DNA from: a virus
Taxonomy: Duplodnaviria > Caudoviricetes
DNA length: 64,000 nt
Strand: one strand, 5' to 3'
IMG/VR virus record: IMGVR_UViG_3300029305_003320
Location: 19,869-83,868 of that record
Shown: one piece after another, positions 37,543 to 47,070 of the stretch
How positions within the stretch are numbered: the stretch's first letter is position 1
Layout: each line of letters begins with the position of its first letter
The notes under the pieces: model-generated
What the model was told of the DNA's origin: nothing
Seen by the model: the letters and a program-made list of their open reading frames with translations, nothing else
The model's database searches: none
Translations under genes and position numbers: made by a program

Positions 37543-38574
37543 ATGTCAGATGCATATCCAGTAGCCAATCTGGAGTTTGGCGAGATCAAGATGAGCGAAT
37601 ATATCGCTGACATATCTGATCTTGCTTTACTCCTTAAGGCTAATGAGGAATACATAAAAGGAGGGATATTAACCCCATCTCTTCCTGAGGGTTCTGACCT
37701 TCCTCTAAATACAATAATTCAGCTTACAGAAGCAGTTCCTGGGACTGACGGGAATGGCAATGCGTTTGTTGCGGGGCATTTCTATCAGTACGTTAATACC
37801 ACCGGCACCCCTAACTGGTATGATGTCACTGAAGGGGTTACTCGCATTAAACGTACAGGGTATGGGTGCTATTACACTATAGATAGTCAGCATGTGAAAT
37901 GTGTCTGGTCTGATCCGGTTTCTGATGCTGATGATAATGAGTGGGCTAAATCTGAGTTATATCTTGTATATGCTGACACAAATGGAATGACTCAGTACGA
38001 GCTCATGTATACTGAACTTGACTTCAACGATTGCTCCAAAAAAGATGGAATAGTCATAGATGTCAGTGATGGAATAGATGTGTCTAAGAGTAAGTTTGTT
38101 GTAAGGTATTATTTTGAAGACACTACAACTTATTCGTCTATAACACTACCTCCAGTTACCAATATGGCTAGGTCTAGTGCATTCAGCATATTCCAGTCTG
38201 ATTGGGCGGAATCGGATCCAAATAACGCGTCCTTTATTCAGAACAAGCCGGTTCTTATTAGAAGAATATGGTGTGAGGGGAACGATGTTTATGTTGATTC
38301 AGACGATCCTTCTATTCGCGATAGGATAAGTCTAGATGAACATGGGAATATTTGGCTAGATAATCTACAGTCTATCAAGATAGGTCGTGTTAACAACTAT
38401 CCTGACACAGATGGTTCTGAACTACAAACAGTTGATCTGGTAGACACAGAGACGTTTGTTTGTAGAGAAGAAGATATCATCTCTAAGTTAAACACATTAG
38501 CTACTGCCTACAATACCTTAGTCGGTGTCGTGACAGCTTTACTTAACGCAGGCAAACCAACAACGGAACCTTAA
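37543..38574 (+). CDS. Tail-fibre-like protein
   Basis: QSDWAESDPNNASFIQNKP motif; C-terminal coiled coil; AAGGAG RBS. Confidence 0.6.
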   Translation: MSDAYPVANLEFGEIKMSEYIADISDLALLLKANEEYIKGGILTPSLPEGSDLPLNTIIQLTEAVPGTDGNGNAFVAGHFYQYVNTTGTPNWYDVTEGVTRIKRTGYGCYYTIDSQHVKCVWSDPVSDADDNEWAKSELYLVYADTNGMTQYELMYTELDFNDCSKKDGIVIDVSDGIDVSKSKFVVRYYFEDTTTYSSITLPPVTNMARSSAFSIFQSDWAESDPNNASFIQNKPVLIRRIWCEGNDVYVDSDDPSIRDRISLDEHGNIWLDNLQSIKIGRVNNYPDTDGSELQTVDLVDTETFVCREEDIISKLNTLATAYNTLVGVVTALLNAGKPTTEP

Positions 38575-38576
38575 TC

Positions 38577-40058
38577 ATGGCAAAAGTAAAAATTGGTACC
38601 CTGAGTAATCCCGACACCCGCCTCGATAAGAACTCAGGTAATGCGATTGCTAATAATGCTGTCGCGCTAGCTCTAGAAGCTCTTATTCCTAACTATCTGG
38701 AGGGTAAGTCTGCAGAAGCATTTAAACGCACTACAGATAAACTGATAGTTAAAGATAGCACATTTACAGATTTTCCTGCATCTGTGCATGTGTTTAGTAA
38801 TGGAATATTCTCTGGGCCAGATGGTCTGATGATGCCGACTGACAGAACAGCCACTGGAGGTGAGAATTTTCATGGTATATTTTTTAGGCAGCAGAACGAA
38901 GAAGGTGAATTTGTATATAGTAATAAACTTATGATGGCAGGTTCTATTAATCTGCCGGTGTATGATAGGATTAATGACAGGTACATCATATCTGCTGAAT
39001 ATGGTGTGTTTTATGGGGTTCCTAGCGGGACTATTCCGAATCGTACTATATCCTGGACCAGATACAATAATGGTATATTCAACTCCGGAGACAATTGCGC
39101 GCCATCGGCGTTTATTGTAGAAAGATTTGATATTAGTACAAAAACATCGACTGAAAAATGTATAAGTCTTATTGGGAGAGCTTGCTCTAATAACGGAGGA
39201 GCTGGGTGGTATGGAATTACTTCCGACGGTACAAGTTCATCTAGAGCACCTAGTGCCATTATAAATGAAGTTGTAGTTGCATGCAAACCTTCTGGAGGAC
39301 TTGAATATAGTACAACTCTTGTACCAGAGATGTTTAAATCCTCTCCTACAGGATCTGCAATAACTTGGACAGATGTTCCTGAATTCTCCAATGTTAAATT
39401 TACAGGATTAACTATGTCAACTTTGCCTAATGGTGTAAAAGTGATTTACGCTAAATCCAATGGCATGGTTGTGCTGTCATATGACGGAATTACCTGGGAC
39501 GAAGTTTTCAGTTACACTCCTGATGTTGTAAATACCGGAAGAAAATGTGTTTTCATAACAGATTCTGGAGGAATAGTCGTAGCAACTGAAGATGATTTGT
39601 GGTTTTCAGATATGCTACCTGCAGCTACAATCGAAATGACTAAGTGCTCCATATCAGGATCAGACTGGAGAACTCCAACTGTCGTTCGTTTAGATGACAC
39701 TACGTTTTATGTAACAACGAGAGTGTCGTCGTATGGATTGGCTGTGTCTACTGATGGAAAGAACTGGACAGATCTCTCTGCGATTAACTTTAGTGATACC
39801 ACTACTAAGGGCATTATAGATAATCCTGTTGTCTTTGATGGGAATATATACTTTCCGACATACGACGGGATTAACTATATTAGAATGATGCCTGTAACAG
39901 AGTTCTTTGAGATGATAGCACTCGACCGCATTGTTAGTGAGCACATAGATCTTCTTCCAGAAGGATCTACTGCGTTATTTGACAATGAAGATCTGCGTGA
40001 TAAGATCAATGAACTTATTTCTGTGGTTAATGCTATACGGAAAATTGTAAAAGCATGA
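38577..40058 (+). CDS. Tail-fibre/receptor-binding-like protein with beta-propeller-type repeats
   Basis: Repeated SxDGxxW (SYDGITW, STDGKNW); C-terminal LRDKINELISVVN coil. Confidence 0.55.
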   Translation: MAKVKIGTLSNPDTRLDKNSGNAIANNAVALALEALIPNYLEGKSAEAFKRTTDKLIVKDSTFTDFPASVHVFSNGIFSGPDGLMMPTDRTATGGENFHGIFFRQQNEEGEFVYSNKLMMAGSINLPVYDRINDRYIISAEYGVFYGVPSGTIPNRTISWTRYNNGIFNSGDNCAPSAFIVERFDISTKTSTEKCISLIGRACSNNGGAGWYGITSDGTSSSRAPSAIINEVVVACKPSGGLEYSTTLVPEMFKSSPTGSAITWTDVPEFSNVKFTGLTMSTLPNGVKVIYAKSNGMVVLSYDGITWDEVFSYTPDVVNTGRKCVFITDSGGIVVATEDDLWFSDMLPAATIEMTKCSISGSDWRTPTVVRLDDTTFYVTTRVSSYGLAVSTDGKNWTDLSAINFSDTTTKGIIDNPVVFDGNIYFPTYDGINYIRMMPVTEFFEMIALDRIVSEHIDLLPEGSTALFDNEDLRDKINELISVVNAIRKIVKA

Positions 40059-40063
40059 ATTCT

Positions 40064-40101
40064 AGTGGAGTACCTGCGGCATTAGCCGCAGGTACTCCAC
40101 T
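40064..40101. terminator. Hairpin (17-bp)
   Basis: Between convergent genes. Confidence 0.75.
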
Positions 40102-40108
40102 TTAGGAT

Positions 40109-40615
40109 TTACGATCCGAAAAATGAATTTATGAGATCTATCAGTTTATTGACTGCTGTAACTATTTCTTCTTCTGACCAATTTTCGGCGTTTATTTTGT
40201 CCAGATTCTCAAAACTAACACCATTATCCGGAATCTTCTTGGTGTTTCCAAGGATTGCTAGGAAATTATTCAAACTAGTTGACAGCTGAGCTAGTTTAGG
40301 AACTGAAGGGACCTTATTTACATTAGCATTTACAGCTGTCTTACTATTAGTAGTGTGATCGGCTATAGCTCTGGCCACATCCTTCGTGGTTGCAAAATTG
40401 GTATCTGGATTAGCTGCTATGTTCACTATCTCAGTGATATCGGTCCCGTTGATAAAGACCTTCCTACCTTTAAGGTTGAGAGTTCCATCTGCAGCATCGA
40501 GTCTTAGTTCGGAGCCTTTTTTGTAAAGAACCTCGTGGACCCGCATAGTGTTACCGCCGATTACATAATAGACGTTGCCGTCTTCCCTTTTTTGATAACC
40601 AGGGGTGGTTGCCAT
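40109..40615 (-). CDS. Tail-associated protein
   Basis: C-terminal EEIVTAVNKLIDLIN coil similar to those of its neighbours. Confidence 0.5.
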   Translation of the reverse strand: MATTPGYQKREDGNVYYVIGGNTMRVHEVLYKKGSELRLDAADGTLNLKGRKVFINGTDITEIVNIAANPDTNFATTKDVARAIADHTTNSKTAVNANVNKVPSVPKLAQLSTSLNNFLAILGNTKKIPDNGVSFENLDKINAENWSEEEIVTAVNKLIDLINSFFGS

Positions 40616-40702
40616 ATACGCTCCTTATTTTCTTTTAAATTAAAACAAATTTTGTACATAAGATCGCCGCCAATTTTATGAACTTTTTTGGAGGCACTTA
40701 AA

Positions 40703-42211
40703 ATGAAGAGATTCGGTTCATTTAAGCCGCTAGATTCAGTTGTCTCTCAGGATAAACTATCTAATCTCCACGTAGCAGTCAGCTCTGTATCAGAGCTGAC
40801 TGAGGAGTATCCTAATAACACGATAGCTGTATTCATCAAAGCGGACGGGATTTATGAGCAAGGAGATGTTGCCGTCAAGAAGAATGGTGTGTGGACTAGG
40901 CTAAAGTCTCACTTTGCCTCAGTTGGTCCTGTCACTAATCTCAGAGGATTTAGACTTGATAAAAAGGTTTATCTAAAGTATAAATCTCCTACAGATAGTG
41001 TTGATAATAGAGGCAATATTACTGCCAGATGGAGAAAGGAAATCGTAGTAAGAAAGTACGGCTCCGCTCCTACAACTGAATACGATGGAACTATTGTGCG
41101 AGTTGTCACTAGGAAGAATGTTTTCAATGACAATGCTTCTCAGTATTTGGTGGACTATATCCCAGATGCTGATAAAGACTCTCAGTGGTATTACAGAGTA
41201 TTTGTAGTCGCTGACAATGGAAAAATTGATTATAATAACACAGCACCTGGTATCACTATTTACGATATGCCATGGAGTAGTGTAATTGAAGCTGTGAGAG
41301 ACGGACAGGCTAGTAAGATCTTTTCTGTTGGAGATGCGTTTAGGCTTGATGACGGCAATGAACTTGTTATAGCTAATATAACAACACGTTCTCCATACAG
41401 AATAACCATGCTTCTCAGGTATCCTAGATATATGATGCCGTTTGATGGAGTTAAAGGTCAGTATAGACTAACAAGAGATACAAGAGTAGTCGCCAGGAAA
41501 ACCTACTATACAGTCGATCCTTCATCTCCTACTGGATACAGCGTTGCATCTTTGTATTCTGGTACTCCGATAACAATAGATCTATACGAGGAAGTTAAGG
41601 CTGGTATCTCAAGTAAAGGCGATGCTGGCAGAATAACTAATGGATGCAATAGGTGGTCCATATCCGACATTAGGTATTGGATGAATCTCATGAATTACTC
41701 ATCTGTATCTAGCGCAGATAAAGCATTTATGAGACTACATGGCGGAGAACTTACTGAAGAGGAGTTTGATAACCCTTCAATCATACCAAATAGCAAGCCG
41801 ATTCCCCCGTACTTATATCTTAAGAGGTACCAGCCTGATATCCTTGGGTGCATAGCAACTACGACTTGCAAAACTGCACTTCCGCCTGTAGACGGCATTA
41901 ATATGGAAGAAACTCAAGATAAGTTCTTTATTCCTTCTTATACAGAAATAACTGGTGAGAAGAATAATGATAAGTATTCAGAGGGGTCCCAGCTTGAATT
42001 GTATTCCGAAGGTTTAGAAACTGGTGTGTGTAAAAGACTTGTAGTTGATGGAGGTGAAACATCCTTCATAGAAGCTGCATGTTTTACACGATCTCCATAT
42101 CTCGGAGATTCGTCTAATGGGTTCCAACTTCTACCTACATACGGAGGAGAAGCTAGGCTCATGACGGCCAAAACTGACGGTGCGATACTAGTCGCATTTA
42201 ACATAGGTTAA
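40703..42211 (+). CDS. DUF6273-like domain protein (paralog 1)
   Basis: GCNRWSISDIRYWMN...DKFFIPSYTEI...FTRSP pattern; start at MKRFG behind a GGAGG RBS. Confidence 0.6.
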   Translation: MKRFGSFKPLDSVVSQDKLSNLHVAVSSVSELTEEYPNNTIAVFIKADGIYEQGDVAVKKNGVWTRLKSHFASVGPVTNLRGFRLDKKVYLKYKSPTDSVDNRGNITARWRKEIVVRKYGSAPTTEYDGTIVRVVTRKNVFNDNASQYLVDYIPDADKDSQWYYRVFVVADNGKIDYNNTAPGITIYDMPWSSVIEAVRDGQASKIFSVGDAFRLDDGNELVIANITTRSPYRITMLLRYPRYMMPFDGVKGQYRLTRDTRVVARKTYYTVDPSSPTGYSVASLYSGTPITIDLYEEVKAGISSKGDAGRITNGCNRWSISDIRYWMNLMNYSSVSSADKAFMRLHGGELTEEEFDNPSIIPNSKPIPPYLYLKRYQPDILGCIATTTCKTALPPVDGINMEETQDKFFIPSYTEITGEKNNDKYSEGSQLELYSEGLETGVCKRLVVDGGETSFIEAACFTRSPYLGDSSNGFQLLPTYGGEARLMTAKTDGAILVAFNIG

Positions 42212-42221
42212 GGAGTTAATT

Positions 42222-44222
42222 ATGGCAAAAAGATTTGGAGAAATTAGACAGCCAGAACAACTCCTCGATGTGGAGAATCTGACTGGATACATTTATGCTA
42301 CAGAGGAACTGCCCGATCCATCCTCAGTAGAGCTTCTAACTTGCAGATTTCTGCTTAAGTATCAAGAAATAGGAGAAGATCGTTATGCTCCTGGCAGAAT
42401 CTATATTGTCAGACTCATTGATGATCAGCCTACTTGGATCGATATTACCATAACTGAACGAGGGGCACTTGCTGCTCCATCTGGTGTATGGAAACGTCTG
42501 ACAACTGATGCTATCATTCTACATTGGCTGAGTCCTGAAGATGTAGTAGATAATGAAGATCCTTTCGAATCTGCCACATGGGATCATGATGTGATAGTCA
42601 GAAAGAGAGGTGAGGTTCCTACTAATCCCCAAGACGGAGAAGTTGTAGGATATTCTCCAATTAAAAGTCAGTATCATGAAAACTCTTTGGGGTTCGTGCA
42701 TCCGCTAGATCCTGCTTATGACAAAGACTACTATTACAGAATCTTTGCTGTGACCAAGAGCGGTGTATACACAGGATCCGATCCTATTAAAGCTTCATGG
42801 ACATGGCCAGAAATTAGAGAGGAAATAGGTAAGAGCGAGGATAATATCGGACTTTACAAAAAGATGTTTCGTATAGGAGATATATTCCCACTTCCTAAAC
42901 ATTCCAAGTATGGTACTCTTTATGCCCAGCTTGTAGACTGCAAATATTCTCTAAAGCGTGAATACAGTGGTGGTAGCGCTCACATATACAATCCAGAGAG
43001 TCTGACATTCATGATAACCAATGTGTTAGGAGCTAACTCTTCTGGTTGTGGTGGGTTGTCATTCGACAATAAAGAGCTTAAGTACACTCTCACCAATGAT
43101 ACTGTGTTTAAAACTAATAAGAAGTATTTTGTAAGAGATCCTTCTGTTAGTGTAACTGATGCTACCTCTGAAGATGAATTATTTGTAGAATACAACTACA
43201 GAGAAACTTATTCTGCAGGTGCACATTTGCCAACAACATTGCTTGAGAGCTATGATGGGCATTGTAAGAATGACATATATGAGCTAAACACATCTATACG
43301 GTATTTCCAGAACAATTCTGCTATACGAGCAAGAGAAATAGATGTAACAGCACAGGTATTTAACATGTCAGGAAATGGGTCGTGGGTAGAATCTAATATC
43401 AGATCTTGGCTAAACACCGATCTTCCTTCTGTGACAGCACTTTCTAGTGCAGGATATTCACAGTATCCAACTAACGACAGATATGGATGGAAATTAGTTA
43501 CACCAGAATCTCGGTGGAAAGAAGCGTCTGATGAGATAATCAACCAGGATGAATCCAAGACCAATGTGTGGTTTAGTAATCCTCGTAATGGTTGGTTCTA
43601 TGCAGATGTAACTAACTTACAGAATGTCGCACCTGAGGATCCTGATTCTGCTCATTACGTAGATATTCCGTTGTTCACACACGGATTCCGTGATACAGAA
43701 GAGGGCAGAGCTTTCCTAGACTGCGTAATGACATCATACATCAGTACATTTACTGATGCTTATGTTAACAGAAACATTAAAGACACTGTTAATGACAACT
43801 CCAATGTAAGCACAGTAATAGTTAAGCAGTCTCTTGATAAGTTTTGGCTACCATCTTTCGTAGAGATATTCGGAAAGAATGCTCGTGCCGGGTACAATGG
43901 AGATATCAACACTTCTAACTTTGGATCCAACAATGAAGGATCCTGTTTCAAGTTATTCAACTCATCATTTGATGAAGTTGAGATAAAAAGAAGTGTTCCT
44001 TATTCAAGAGATCTTCGGATTAAACTAGACCTACTCGGCAATCCGTGCAAGTGGTACACTAGGTCAGTTGATCAAACATCTCCAGGTAGAGTGTTCTATG
44101 TTGACAAGGATCTTCCTGAAGATACAAGGGATCCAATGTCAAGCATTGCACTAACGTGTACTGCACATAGACCTTCAACTGATGATCCTATAGGCGCAGT
44201 TGTGTGCTTCACTATCGCATAA
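42222..44222 (+). CDS. DUF6273-like domain protein (paralog 2)
   Basis: GNGSWVESNIRSWLN...DKFWLPSFVEI...WYTRS; its N-region W.HD.IVRK.G..P...DG is shared with paralog 1. Confidence 0.6.
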   Translation: MAKRFGEIRQPEQLLDVENLTGYIYATEELPDPSSVELLTCRFLLKYQEIGEDRYAPGRIYIVRLIDDQPTWIDITITERGALAAPSGVWKRLTTDAIILHWLSPEDVVDNEDPFESATWDHDVIVRKRGEVPTNPQDGEVVGYSPIKSQYHENSLGFVHPLDPAYDKDYYYRIFAVTKSGVYTGSDPIKASWTWPEIREEIGKSEDNIGLYKKMFRIGDIFPLPKHSKYGTLYAQLVDCKYSLKREYSGGSAHIYNPESLTFMITNVLGANSSGCGGLSFDNKELKYTLTNDTVFKTNKKYFVRDPSVSVTDATSEDELFVEYNYRETYSAGAHLPTTLLESYDGHCKNDIYELNTSIRYFQNNSAIRAREIDVTAQVFNMSGNGSWVESNIRSWLNTDLPSVTALSSAGYSQYPTNDRYGWKLVTPESRWKEASDEIINQDESKTNVWFSNPRNGWFYADVTNLQNVAPEDPDSAHYVDIPLFTHGFRDTEEGRAFLDCVMTSYISTFTDAYVNRNIKDTVNDNSNVSTVIVKQSLDKFWLPSFVEIFGKNARAGYNGDINTSNFGSNNEGSCFKLFNSSFDEVEIKRSVPYSRDLRIKLDLLGNPCKWYTRSVDQTSPGRVFYVDKDLPEDTRDPMSSIALTCTAHRPSTDDPIGAVVCFTIA

Positions 44223-44235
44223 AAAAGAAGACTCA

Positions 44236-44267
44236 CGTACAGGTGTGGCATCTGCCACACCTGTACG
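44236..44267. terminator. Hairpin (15-bp)
   Basis: Between convergent genes; AAAAAAGAAG on the left. Confidence 0.75.
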
Positions 44268-44280
44268 CTTGAGTTTTGTC

Positions 44281-45084
44281 TTACTTGGTCTTCTTCTTGG
44301 AAGCCTTCTTCTCTTTGTACTTCTCCACAAGTTTGCCGATAACCTTGACACCTGCAAGAACAGCTGTAATAACTTCAGCAGCATTGGCGTTATCACTGAT
44401 GGTCAAAAGCTGGCAGTTCGGCCAGATCTTCAGGATCGTCTCAACGACAGCATTGAAGTTCTTGCGCAGTTTCTCCTTGTCTAGGACACCTCCGGCAAGC
44501 CTTGTATGGTTAACAGTCTTGCCTGTACGCTCGACGAATGTACATGCTACTTCGTCAAGTTGATGCCATGCGTCAACGAGTTCCTCATTGGTAGGTTCCT
44601 TACCAGCCTGATCATCAGTAGTCGTACCTTCATCTTCCTTGGTGTCTTTCTTGGCGATCTGCCCGAGCTCAAGACGAAGGTTCTTCGTCCTTGTTGCAAG
44701 GATAGCACCGTCGTCAACATCGACTGTCTCGGAAACGGTGTACACAGCCTTGACACAATGATTTTCGTCGTACGCTTCTTTAGCATACGGATCGAGAGCC
44801 TTAGCGGCTGCTTTCATGAGTTTGACGGCCGCAATATCCCGACGATTACGAAGATCTTCACTGTCGTTGTCGTTGTAAGAAGTAGCCTTACCGACTAGAC
44901 AGTTAATGCCTTCGATCAGAAGTCTGAGACCATTCTTAGTGATGGTAACATCAGCTTCTGTGGTTTCCTTGAGCTCGAGGTCCTTTACCTTCTGAGCTTC
45001 AAGTTCACGCCTCTTGCGAAGCTCCATGATCTGCTGATCGATCTTCGCGACCTCATTCTTCTTGTCTTCTAGTTCCTTACTCAT
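44281..45084 (-). CDS. Hypothetical protein with N-terminal coiled coil
   Basis: 267 aa; AAGGAG RBS. Confidence 0.65.
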   Translation of the reverse strand: MSKELEDKKNEVAKIDQQIMELRKRRELEAQKVKDLELKETTEADVTITKNGLRLLIEGINCLVGKATSYNDNDSEDLRNRRDIAAVKLMKAAAKALDPYAKEAYDENHCVKAVYTVSETVDVDDGAILATRTKNLRLELGQIAKKDTKEDEGTTTDDQAGKEPTNEELVDAWHQLDEVACTFVERTGKTVNHTRLAGGVLDKEKLRKNFNAVVETILKIWPNCQLLTISDNANAAEVITAVLAGVKVIGKLVEKYKEKKASKKKTK

Positions 45085-45100
45085 TGATTTGCTCCTTTGA

Positions 45101-45403
45101 TTACAGCTCTTTAGCAGCCTCTTCAGGTGTTGAGTAAAGATGACTACTAAGATCTTTCAGTGTTGATTTGATAATTATCGGATGTGAAGCTCCCTTAGGA
45201 TAGATTTCGCATATAGCCTCTTCTCCAGAAGGACTCACACTCCAATTTCCTACACCCTCGTTACCACGTCCGAGCCAGCTGTACCTCACTTCATTGATAT
45301 ACGCTATACCACTTGGTATAAGAGATACTCCTGCTTTCTTGGTCGGACCGAACTCTTCTTGCAAGTCCAGGTCTCTCCTTGCTACGTAATATCCTATAAG
45401 CAT
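45101..45403 (-). CDS. Hypothetical protein
   Basis: 100 aa; AAGGAG RBS. Confidence 0.6.
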   Translation of the reverse strand: MLIGYYVARRDLDLQEEFGPTKKAGVSLIPSGIAYINEVRYSWLGRGNEGVGNWSVSPSGEEAICEIYPKGASHPIIIKSTLKDLSSHLYSTPEEAAKEL

Positions 45404-45429
45404 ATTTCATTCTCCTTGTTGTATGCTTG

Positions 45430-45981
45430 CTATGTGATAGTAGACACTGTGTTAGGAATTACATCCACCATGAGTCTATCTGATGTTGTTGACTGTATAC
45501 CGAGATTCTCGAGAGCTTTAATAGCTATATCGGTTTTCTCCTTCGTATAGTCAGCACATAGATCTGACACCAACGCGATTCTGTCTGCTGGAAGAAGACT
45601 ATTCAAGAACACAGTATTGGCTAATACACATAAAGAGGTTCTTATCCCACAGACAAATATGTGTTCTCTATTCTCTTGAAGTTGAGAGAAACACGATTTA
45701 ATTTTGTCTGCAAGATTAGTGTCTCCAAATGTTGTTTTAGTGACTATGTGTCCTTTAGGTATGATGACATTACCAAGGCTGTCTTTAGTCAGCTCGGGAA
45801 TGATCATATCTCCAGACTCCTTGGTAGCGAATATCTGCCATCCAAGTTTTCTGCAACTGAGAGCGAATTTGATAAACTTGTTCTTAAGATCAACTCCGCA
45901 AACTCCTCCCAGTGTAACTACGTTGTAAGCCCCTTCTAGTAAGAAGTCGGATTCAACGTCTATGAATATAACTGCGTTCAT
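45430..45981 (-). CDS. Isochorismatase/nicotinamidase-fold cysteine hydrolase
   Basis: IFIDVESDF (Asp), TKTTFG (Lys), VCGIRTSLCV (Cys), VSDLCAD. Confidence 0.7.
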   Translation of the reverse strand: MNAVIFIDVESDFLLEGAYNVVTLGGVCGVDLKNKFIKFALSCRKLGWQIFATKESGDMIIPELTKDSLGNVIIPKGHIVTKTTFGDTNLADKIKSCFSQLQENREHIFVCGIRTSLCVLANTVFLNSLLPADRIALVSDLCADYTKEKTDIAIKALENLGIQSTTSDRLMVDVIPNTVSTIT

Positions 45982-46072
45982 TTTATTCTCCTTGTGGTTA
46001 GGTTACCAAATTGATAATAAATAGATAAACTTAAAAAGAACAAAAAAGAAGAGGCCTTTCGGCCTCCCCTTT

Positions 46073-46645
46073 TTAGATGTCCTCTGGAGCCTTACGATAG
46101 GCTATCCAGAACAACCCATCTCCCAACAATACACCTATGCCTATCATCCACCAGGATGTAGACAATGGTAATCCACAGCACGCTATTAAATTTCCGCCTA
46201 TACAAGCTACCGATTGCATCACCGGTCTCAAGTTATCATGCATTTCACGATCTTCGCCATGATAAATCAATCTGCGCATTCTGTTGTTGCAACAGATTAT
46301 ATTCCTAGCTACGACCATGTCACACATGGCAGTCATCATGTAGTATGCCCATGTTGGAACTGAGTTATAGACCATCAAAGGTATCAGTGCAATATACATC
46401 ACCATTTCAACAATTAAGAAGTACCTGTAAAATCTGTATATTTTCTTCCCGTACCGAGTGAATACGGAATTGACAAGTATTATTCCGATAGACATCATCA
46501 TTCCTTTTGTCGCTATAAGCTGTGAGCTTACTTGCGTCATAATGAATTTATGAGTCACCGGAGTACCTGCAGATAGAAACAAGGTGCTCCAGAAAGTTGA
46601 TAACAGCAACCATTGACTGCACATCCAACAAATGCAATTTTTCAT
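46073..46645 (-). CDS. Multi-pass membrane protein
   Basis: About 5 hydrophobic segments; AAGGA RBS. Confidence 0.6.
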   Translation of the reverse strand: MKNCICWMCSQWLLLSTFWSTLFLSAGTPVTHKFIMTQVSSQLIATKGMMMSIGIILVNSVFTRYGKKIYRFYRYFLIVEMVMYIALIPLMVYNSVPTWAYYMMTAMCDMVVARNIICCNNRMRRLIYHGEDREMHDNLRPVMQSVACIGGNLIACCGLPLSTSWWMIGIGVLLGDGLFWIAYRKAPEDI

Positions 46646-46711
46646 TGTTATTCCTTTCCTGTTTACTACCTAGGTAATAAATATTCGATAAAAAATGAAC
46701 TACACGCAATA

Positions 46712-46744
46712 CTCCTAGTGTGCGGCAATACCGCACACTAGGAG
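46712..46744 (-). terminator. Hairpin (14-bp)
   Basis: End of the helicase operon. Confidence 0.65.
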
Positions 46745-46753
46745 ATTAGTCAT

Positions 46754-47053
46754 TTACACGACCTCGTGATTAATGTCTACAGAATTTATCTCATTTACAA
46801 CATGAGCGTATTCCTCTCGTGTCACTGAAACCGACTTAGATATCAGCCAGACTATTTTGTCGTTTTCATAGGGGTTGACCATTTCCCCATATGTCCCGAT
46901 AAATATCCAGTATACCGAAAGAACTTTAGGGATAGTCCCCTTTATTCTCCATGGATGTATTTTATTTATCGGGAGAGTTATAGTCTCTTCTTCTCCGGAT
47001 GACCGTCTGGCAGTGAAAGTTATCTTCCTGAATTCTTCTTGGCTACTTTCCAT
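46754..47053 (-). CDS. Hypothetical protein
   Basis: 99 aa directly downstream of the helicase. Confidence 0.55.
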   Translation of the reverse strand: MESSQEEFRKITFTARRSSGEEETITLPINKIHPWRIKGTIPKVLSVYWIFIGTYGEMVNPYENDKIVWLISKSVSVTREEYAHVVNEINSVDINHEVV

Positions 47054-47070
47054 GGCTTCTCCTATTCTAA

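Noticed and set aside
40703-42240. MKRFG / MAKRFG starts as additional members of the M-[KR]-[VI]-[ND]-F-G tag family (also MLNEIAFG at 54090)
   Set aside because: Different residue pattern or spacing, no adjacent cleavage-site/helix signature, and tail-region context; not counted
40703-44222. Diversity-generating retroelement acting on the DUF6273-like genes
   Set aside because: No reverse transcriptase and no near-identical TR/VR pair with adenine-specific mismatches seen in the window
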